From a virus (taxonomy: Duplodnaviria > Caudoviricetes): 32,902 bases of DNA. Below are positions 27,245-32,902 of the stretch, piece by piece (position 1 is the stretch's first letter; every line of letters starts with the position of its first letter). The stretch is taken from the IMG/VR virus record IMGVR_UViG_3300025120_000267, positions 1 to 32,902 of that record; one strand, 5' to 3'. The notes below the pieces were generated by a model. It was not told the origin of the DNA, searched no databases, and worked only from the letters and a program-made list of their open reading frames with translations. The position numbers and the translations under genes were made by a program.

Positions 27245-27601
27245 ATGAAAACTTTTAAAGACTATTTAACAGAAGCTAAGGAAGATACTTTAGACATACA
27301 AGATTTATTAAATGAATCTCATGATTTAACTGAAGAGCAGGATGCTGCCATTGATCTAGCAGTAGATAGAATATTAGAAGCTCAAAAGGAAGGAAAGAAT
27401 TTAGAAGATTGTGTAGAAGAAATAATTAATGAAGGTTTACTTGGGAGTATATTTGGAGGGTTAACTGGATTTGCATTAGGAAAGACAATAGGTAAAGCAG
27501 TAGCTAAAGTATTAGGTGTTACAAAAGGTGCTCTTTATGATTTATTAACTTCACGTCTTGTAGGTGCTGCGCTAGGTGCAGTTATCGGCAAGAGAATATA
27601 A
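27245..27601 (+). CDS. Putative internal head/ejection protein: capsid-targeting sequence, acidic propeptide, glycine-zipper peptide
   Basis: N-terminus MKTFKDYLTE resembles the T4 internal-protein targeting sequence MKTYQEFIAE. It has five [I/L]xE sites and a C-terminal 55 aa with GxxxG periodicity. Confidence 0.55.
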   Translation: MKTFKDYLTEAKEDTLDIQDLLNESHDLTEEQDAAIDLAVDRILEAQKEGKNLEDCVEEIINEGLLGSIFGGLTGFALGKTIGKAVAKVLGVTKGALYDLLTSRLVGAALGAVIGKRI

Positions 27602-27606
27602 ATAGA

Positions 27607-28266
27607 ATGATTCACATAGGAATTGATTTTTCATTGAATAGCCCAGGAGTATGTATTGAAACTGATGATGGGCAATATCACTTTATAACTTTTTTTAATT
27701 ATGGAAATCGTATATGGGATGAAGAAGGTAAAAAAATACCTAAAGCATTCAGTGTACATAAAGAACTTATGGATGATAATGCTATGCTGGGGTTCCCTTA
27801 CAATAGACAAGTCACAAGTAAAGAATTTTTACCACGAGAGAGACAGAAACTACAGGATGCCGGAAATATAAGTTCATTAATGGTAGGTATTTTTTCTACG
27901 TTGTTTGAAAGTAATAAAGTAGCAGTAGCCTTAGAAGGTTTTTCATATGGGTCTAAAGGAAATTCATTTATAGATATAATTCAATACAATACATTTTTAA
28001 GAAAGGAACTAATAGATAAGTACTCTATAGAAAATCTATCTGTGTTTCAACCATCTCACGTAAAGAAGTTAGCAGGTAAAGGAAATGCAAATAAACATTA
28101 TATGGCTAAAGCATTTCAAGATGATGTCCTTAATGATAAGAACTTAAGGAGCACTAAACTTTGGAAATGGACACAAGGAAAAGACTTCAGCACTAAAATA
28201 CCTAAACCTATCGATGACATCATTGATGCCTACTTTATACTTAAAGCCTTAAAGGCTAACAATTAA
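27607..28266 (+). CDS. ruvC: RuvC-like Holliday junction resolvase/endonuclease
   Basis: RNase H-fold catalytic motifs IGIDFSLNSPG, VALEGFSYGS, PSHVKKLAGKGNANK and DDIIDAYFI. Confidence 0.75.
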   Translation: MIHIGIDFSLNSPGVCIETDDGQYHFITFFNYGNRIWDEEGKKIPKAFSVHKELMDDNAMLGFPYNRQVTSKEFLPRERQKLQDAGNISSLMVGIFSTLFESNKVAVALEGFSYGSKGNSFIDIIQYNTFLRKELIDKYSIENLSVFQPSHVKKLAGKGNANKHYMAKAFQDDVLNDKNLRSTKLWKWTQGKDFSTKIPKPIDDIIDAYFILKALKANN

Positions 28267-28294
28267 ATACATTTCTGACATTAAACAGTTAAAA

Positions 28295-28325
28295 ATTATA
28301 TTGCAACTTAGTAATTTTGTTTCAG
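28295..28325 (-). promoter_or_regulatory. Leftward promoter-like element (CTGAAACAAA-N15-TATAAT)
   Basis: Reverse complement CTGAAACAAAATTACTAAGTTGCAATATAAT is 24/31 identical to 28636-28666. Confidence 0.4.
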
Positions 28326-28351
28326 CTTTATACAAAAAAAATTAAAATAAA

Positions 28352-28639
28352 ATGATAAAACCTATAGGAAATAGAATTTTTTTAAAAAAAGATGAGCAAC
28401 CAGATAGAAAGGGAGACATTATTTTATTAAAAAAGGATGGTATGTACGCACCGCCATATTCAGGTACAATCATAGGAATTGGTGATGAAGTAGAAGATAA
28501 AGAATATCAAATAGGTGTAAAGGTTCTTTTTCATGATTTGGCTGGTATAGAATTTCAGCATGCTGAAGAAACTATATTTAGTTTAAGAGAGCGTGATATA
28601 ACCGCTATTATTTTAGATAAAAATGTACAAATAGTCTGA
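28352..28639 (+). CDS. groES: GroES/Cpn10-like co-chaperonin
   Basis: MIKPIGNRIFLK, mobile-loop-like KGDIILL, GTIIGIGD, IGVKVLF and LRERDITAI. Length is 95 aa. Confidence 0.85.
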   Translation: MIKPIGNRIFLKKDEQPDRKGDIILLKKDGMYAPPYSGTIIGIGDEVEDKEYQIGVKVLFHDLAGIEFQHAEETIFSLRERDITAIILDKNVQIV

Positions 28640-28666
28640 AACAAACTGACTTAGGAGATATATAAT
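28636..28666 (+). promoter_or_regulatory. Rightward promoter-like element for the gp32-primase-uvsY-uvsW operon
   Basis: CTGAAACAAACTGACTTAGGAGATATATAAT has a perfect TATAAT and heads a 135-nt leader. Confidence 0.5.
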
Positions 28667-28801
28667 AAACAAAGGTACTGAAAAGTTTGGTACTTTTTAA
28701 ACTGGCGATAACAAGGCAAAATAAATAGGCAATTAAAATAAGAAGTTTAGGCATAGAGCTTTGTTATCATAAATTAATAATAACAAAAAAAGGCAATTAA
28801 C
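28667..28801 (+). promoter_or_regulatory. Structured 5' leader of gp32 (candidate autogenous translational operator)
   Basis: Hairpin 28671-28697, 11-bp stem 28707-28717/28758-28768, alternative pairing 28760-28767/28780-28787, and AGGCAATTAA repeated at 28727 and 28791. Confidence 0.45.
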
Positions 28802-29719
28802 ATGGCAAATGAATTCGACATTTTTAATGTAAGTGTAAAAGATCTAGACACTGGTGAAAGACCTTCCTCCGCAGGAAGTGATTTATACACACCGAAACCA
28901 GATCAAGGACAGGACGGAACTTACCGTTCTTTAATTAGGTTTCTACCTAATGCTAAAAACCCAAGAAAACCATTCGAACGTAAATTTGTCTACTGGTTAG
29001 AAGACAGAGAAGGAAACGGCTTTTATGCTGACTCCCCTTCAACAGTTGGAGAAAAATGTCCTGTACAGGATATGTTCTTTAAACTAAGAAACTCTGAATC
29101 TGCTGTAGATAAAAAGATGTCCGAAGGTTTAAAACGTAGGGAAGTATTTTATGCATTGGTACAAATCGTAAAGGATCCACAGAACAAAGAACTTGAAGGG
29201 CAAGTTAAAATTATGAAATTTGGTTATAAAATCAAAACTAAAATTGATGAAGAACTAAATCCACAATTTGATGAACCTACTCAGGTATTTGATCCGTTCG
29301 AAGGAAAGAACTTTGAACTAGTAATTTCTAAGAAAGGTGGTTTCCCTAATTATGATTCAAGTAAATTTCATGGAACTAAATCAGCAATGGTAATAGGAGA
29401 AGAAAAGGTAACTGATAGTGATGAAGGAAGAAAGGCAATTTTAGAATTACTAAAAGATGCACCTGACTTAGCAAACTGGGGTTATAAAGCATGGAATGAT
29501 GAAACTAGAGGAAAGGTATTAAATGTACTTTCTCAGTTTACATCACCAGGATCTGCTATTGAGAATATTACATCGTCAAAACCTGCTCCATCTAAACCTA
29601 AAGTTACTGAAGCTGCTGCTGCAAAAGTTACTGAAACTGCAACTGCAACCGCAACAGAAACAAAAGGTGAAGAAAAGAAGGATGACTTCGATGATTTTAT
29701 TAATGGGTTAGATCTTTAA
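28802..29719 (+). CDS. gp32: Single-stranded DNA-binding protein, T4 gp32-like
   Basis: LIRFLPN, CPV, GQVKIMKFGYKIKTKI, FDPFEGKNFEL and GFPNYDSSKF motifs, plus an acidic C-tail DDFDDFINGLDL. Confidence 0.85.
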   Translation: MANEFDIFNVSVKDLDTGERPSSAGSDLYTPKPDQGQDGTYRSLIRFLPNAKNPRKPFERKFVYWLEDREGNGFYADSPSTVGEKCPVQDMFFKLRNSESAVDKKMSEGLKRREVFYALVQIVKDPQNKELEGQVKIMKFGYKIKTKIDEELNPQFDEPTQVFDPFEGKNFELVISKKGGFPNYDSSKFHGTKSAMVIGEEKVTDSDEGRKAILELLKDAPDLANWGYKAWNDETRGKVLNVLSQFTSPGSAIENITSSKPAPSKPKVTEAAAAKVTETATATATETKGEEKKDDFDDFINGLDL

Positions 29720-29724
29720 TAACT

Positions 29725-30798
29725 ATGGCAGAAGAAGTAATAATATCTTCTGAAATGAAAGCTCGGATTATCGATAAGGTAGTCCGAGTTCTTCATACTA
29801 ACCATACTCATCCAGAGAAAAGAAGAATATTGGAGAGTAAAGGTAGGTTAAATTTTGCATGCCCTTACTGTGGTGATTCTCATGATACTCCAAGAAAAAA
29901 GAGAGGTAATATTTATTGGAATGATTTATACTTCCATTGTTATAATTGCTCAGCTCATGCTTCATTGGATGTATTCTTAGCAGAACATAATGAAAACTTT
30001 GAAGGTGATGATAGAATTAATGTTATTAATTACATTAAGGAAAACCGTAAACATTTTTCATTAGGAGAAAGTTTAGATTTTTATCTTTTTGATAAAGCAA
30101 AAGAATTAGCATTATCTTTTGAAGAAATTGCTTTAGGCTTTAATGTCTATCCAATTAATACATTAACATACCAAGCATATCCTTATTTAAAGAGTAGACT
30201 ACTTCATCATAAAACCGAAAGGTTTGGTTTTGATCCAAGACGTAGAGAATTATATGTTTTTAATTTAACTCCTGAGGGTAAAATATTAGGATTTCAAACT
30301 AGAGACTTAGGTGGCAATGGTGGTCCTAAATATAAAACATGGAACATAGAAAGGATTTATGATAGGCTAAAATTAAATCTAAATGTTACTGAAGAAGAGT
30401 TAGACAATTTAAATAAAATATCAATGCTGTTTGGAATATTAACAGTTGATATGTCTAGAGATTTTTCTATTTTTGAAGGGCCTATCGATGCAATGTTTAT
30501 GAATAACTCAATAGGATTAACTGGTGTTAAAAAACAAATAATAGAATTTAATGAAATACCTACTGCTAGATATTTCTTTGATAATGATATTGAAGGAAAA
30601 ACCAGAATGATTGAAAAATTAAAAGGTGGCCAAACAGTATTTATGTGGGATAAGTTTTTAAAGGACTTTGATATACCACAAAGAAAAGTAAAAGATTTAA
30701 ATGATTTGGTTAAATGGGAATATTCAAATAGATCTGGGTGTTTAGGCGACCTAGATAAATATTTTACAAGTGATTCATTGGATATTATTTTTATATAA
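29725..30798 (+). CDS. gp61: DNA primase, T4 gp61-like
   Basis: Zn ribbon NFACPYCGDS...FHCYNC and TOPRIM motifs IFEGPIDAMF, FFDND and KDLNDL. Confidence 0.88.
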   Translation: MAEEVIISSEMKARIIDKVVRVLHTNHTHPEKRRILESKGRLNFACPYCGDSHDTPRKKRGNIYWNDLYFHCYNCSAHASLDVFLAEHNENFEGDDRINVINYIKENRKHFSLGESLDFYLFDKAKELALSFEEIALGFNVYPINTLTYQAYPYLKSRLLHHKTERFGFDPRRRELYVFNLTPEGKILGFQTRDLGGNGGPKYKTWNIERIYDRLKLNLNVTEEELDNLNKISMLFGILTVDMSRDFSIFEGPIDAMFMNNSIGLTGVKKQIIEFNEIPTARYFFDNDIEGKTRMIEKLKGGQTVFMWDKFLKDFDIPQRKVKDLNDLVKWEYSNRSGCLGDLDKYFTSDSLDIIFI

Positions 30799-31016
30799 TG
30801 AATTTAAAAAATTATAATAATTTTGTGAACGAAGAAATCGATGACTTTTATAATGATTTAGATATAAGTAATAAAAAACTTAAACTTTTTACTACTTTTG
30901 ACAAATCTGAACTAAAAGAAGTTAAAACTAATTTTTCTTTACCAACACCGAAAAAGAAGTTTCAGCCTAAAATAAAGAGCTATAAAAAGAGTAATAATAA
31001 TAAAGGTATATTTTAA
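30798..31016 (+). CDS. Small hypothetical protein (acidic N-half, Lys-rich C-half)
   Basis: 72 aa, coupled to both neighbours by TAATG overlaps. Confidence 0.6.
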   Translation: MNLKNYNNFVNEEIDDFYNDLDISNKKLKLFTTFDKSELKEVKTNFSLPTPKKKFQPKIKSYKKSNNNKGIF

Positions 31017-31465
31017 TGGAATATAATGATTCTGCCACAGGTGAGGCCAATGAAGAGTTAACTACAAGGTTAGCTAAAGATAGAGAAGTTTGGAAAGTAA
31101 AGATAAGCGATTTAGTTAATCTTTTAAAGAATATGAATAAGTTATCAGAATGTCAGGTAATGATGTTATCATATAGACAAATCTTATTAGATAAAATTAC
31201 AGATTTTAAAACTACAAAACAAAAAAGACAGGCCGCTTATGACCGATATTATAAAATTAAGTACAGGGAGTATTCAATTGATTATGATGTCAAATTAACA
31301 AGCGGTGAAAAGGTTGCTTTTATTAAAGCAGACTTATCTCACTTAAGAACTCAAATGGAAATGTTACAATCCCACATGGATTATTATCAAGAATGTATTA
31401 AGACATGCGACAATCTAGCATTTGCAATTCGTAATAGAATAAATTTAGACGATAAAGAATATTAA
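31016..31465 (+). CDS. uvsY: Recombination mediator UvsY-like protein
   Basis: Helical 149-aa protein with YREYS...EKVAFIKADL...MDYYQECIKTCDNLAFAIRNRI, matching the UvsY C-terminal pattern. It is adjacent to uvsW. Confidence 0.6.
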   Translation: MEYNDSATGEANEELTTRLAKDREVWKVKISDLVNLLKNMNKLSECQVMMLSYRQILLDKITDFKTTKQKRQAAYDRYYKIKYREYSIDYDVKLTSGEKVAFIKADLSHLRTQMEMLQSHMDYYQECIKTCDNLAFAIRNRINLDDKEY

Positions 31466-32902
31466 TGGAACTATCCCTATCGGAAAATAAAAAGTTTTTA
31501 GTTATTGATGCTTGTACTGAATTAGAGTATGATCAACTTAAAAGTAGCTTGACTAAAAAAATTGAAGGCTGGAGGTTTCACCCTCTAGTTAAAAAACGAG
31601 TATGGGATGGAAATGTTTCATTTGTAAAAAGAAATAAAATACCAGCAGGTTTATGGAAAGAAATCTTAGATATATGTAAAGATTATGATTTTCAATGTTC
31701 TCTTAATAATATAACTAATATTTTTGATACTGAAATTAAAGAAGATGATTTTAGAAAATGGGTTACTAAAATATTTAAAAAGCAACCAGATTTTAAACCT
31801 AGGGAATATCAAATAGACGCTGCTTTTAAAATTTTAAAGTACCGTAGGTGTTTAGCTGAATTAGCAACATCTGCAGGTAAGACCTTAATATCTTTTATGG
31901 TTGTTGCATATCTTATGGATAAGTTAGGAAAGAAAAAAATCTTAATGATTGTTCCTAATGTAAATTTAGTATTACAAGCAACAGGTGATTTTGATGAATA
32001 CAATAAATGTGGAATTCCTTTAAAGACTCAGCAGATTTATGCAGGTGTAAAAATAAGAAAGAGTTCTAATTTAGTTATTGGTACTTATCAATCTTTAGTT
32101 AAAAAAGATGAGGAATACTTTAGTCAATTTGATGCTGTCTTTGTAGATGAAACCCATAAGGCTAAAGCCAATTCAATTCAAAAGATAATGGATAAATGTT
32201 GGCATTGCGATTTTAGGTTTGGTTTAAGTGGAACTATACCTAAAAAAGGAACTGTTAATAGATTAAGTTTAATGTCAGCTATGGGCCCATTGGTTACTCA
32301 AGTTAAAGCTAAACATTTACAAGATGAAGGTTTTATTGCCAGTTGTAAAGTTATACAATTACACATGGATTATGCAACCGATGAGCAAAAAGAATCTTTT
32401 TCTTTTTTATCTAAAAACCCTCATGATAGACAAAGACTATTTGGATTAGAACAAAACTTTATAAATCAAAGTGAAAAAAGATTGGATTTTGTTTGCCAAG
32501 TAATTAAAAAGTCTACATCAAATTCTCTAGTTCTATTTCATAAGATAGCCTACGGTGAAAAATTATATAATAAATTAAGGCATATAACAGATAAGAAAGT
32601 TTACTATGTAGACGGATCTGTTAATGTAGATATAAGAGAAGAATTTAAAAGTCGTATGGAAAAGAATGATGATGTTATTATTGTAGCATCTTATGGTACT
32701 TTTTCAACTGGTATTTCAATTAAAAATATACATAATATCTTTTTTACCGAAAGCTTTAAATCTGAAGTAATTATCAGACAAAGTATTGGTAGAGGATTAA
32801 GAAAGCATGTGTCCAAAAACGTAGTGAAAATCTACGATTTTATAGATGATTTTAGATATAAGGCCGAAGACCATGATTGGGTTAACTATATCTACCGCCA
32901 TG
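31465..32902 (+). CDS. uvsW: SF2 DNA helicase UvsW-like (3' end truncated by window; absent from the ORF track)
   Basis: Translated by hand: MELSLSENKKF...WRFHPLVKKRVWDG, PREYQ, Walker A ATSAGKT (31864-31884), DETH (32146-32157), GLSGT, SYGTFSTGISIKN and QSIGRGLR (32779-32802). No stop was seen before the window end. Confidence 0.9.
   Translation, partial: MELSLSENKKFLVIDACTELEYDQLKSSLTKKIEGWRFHPLVKKRVWDGNVSFVKRNKIPAGLWKEILDICKDYDFQCSLNNITNIFDTEIKEDDFRKWVTKIFKKQPDFKPREYQIDAAFKILKYRRCLAELATSAGKTLISFMVVAYLMDKLGKKKILMIVPNVNLVLQATGDFDEYNKCGIPLKTQQIYAGVKIRKSSNLVIGTYQSLVKKDEEYFSQFDAVFVDETHKAKANSIQKIMDKCWHCDFRFGLSGTIPKKGTVNRLSLMSAMGPLVTQVKAKHLQDEGFIASCKVIQLHMDYATDEQKESFSFLSKNPHDRQRLFGLEQNFINQSEKRLDFVCQVIKKSTSNSLVLFHKIAYGEKLYNKLRHITDKKVYYVDGSVNVDIREEFKSRMEKNDDVIIVASYGTFSTGISIKNIHNIFFTESFKSEVIIRQSIGRGLRKHVSKNVVKIYDFIDDFRYKAEDHDWVNYIYRH

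Noticed and set aside
27607-28266. RuvC-fold protein as TnpB/Cas12-like effector or transposase
   Set aside because: Only 219 aa with a contiguous resolvase-type RuvC. There is no Zn finger or REC/WED region, and no CRISPR array or IS ends nearby.
29595-29662. Short tandem repeats (AAAGTTACTGAA twice; GCT/ACTGCA runs)
   Set aside because: They encode the low-complexity Ala/Thr linker before the acidic tail of gp32, which is ordinary for this family.
4042-32003. Short alternative-frame and minus-strand ORFs in the track (e.g. 4042-4230, 8898-9143, 12462-12821, 20961-21209, 21684-22004, 26298-26579, 31809-32003)
   Set aside because: All overlap longer, motif-supported + strand genes and have the composition of antisense or shifted-frame shadows.
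1-32902. Stop-codon reassignment (as in some Bacteroidota jumbo and crAss-like phages)
   Set aside because: Very long ORFs tile the window in the standard code. TAG (15613-15615) and TGA (23604-23606, 28637-28639) end genes at sensible boundaries.
1-32902. tRNA, rRNA or CRISPR arrays
   Set aside because: Intergenic gaps are short and AT-rich. No cloverleaf or regularly spaced repeat-spacer pattern was seen.

Overview
AT-rich (roughly 30% GC by eye) segment of a large T4-like/jumbo tailed phage (myovirus-type) genome. All credible genes are on the + strand and read cleanly in the standard genetic code. Positions 1-27600 form a late/virion-morphogenesis module. It contains a putative amidoligase (COOH-NH2 ligase), a gp13-like neck protein, gp25- and gp6-like baseplate wedge proteins, several very large unknown baseplate/tail proteins and a collagen-containing fibre. 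It also holds a spanin-like membrane protein, a gp3/tube-fold protein and a small capsid-targeted glycine-zipper protein. Positions 27600-32902 form a replication/recombination module: RuvC-like resolvase, GroES-like co-chaperonin, gp32-like SSB, gp61-like primase, UvsY-like protein and a UvsW-like helicase that runs off the window and is missing from the ORF track. A-rich leaders without Shine-Dalgarno sequences, a TTTG-N21-TAnnTTTG promoter and the style of the spanin-like protein point to a Bacteroidota host (inference). Four observations stand out. (1) An amidoligase with a C-terminal beta-solenoid heads the structural operon and shares an identical 15-nt promoter-like motif with (2) a small protein built as capsid-targeting sequence + acidic propeptide + cationic glycine-zipper peptide. 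(3) A zincin-like (EHxxH...EY) domain is inserted into a baseplate protein. (4) Several non-coding elements look regulatory: a 31-bp inverted promoter-like repeat flanking groES, a switch-like gp32 leader, and hairpins that sequester start regions with a late-promoter motif in the loop. All product calls come from recognising motifs by eye; no database searches were run.
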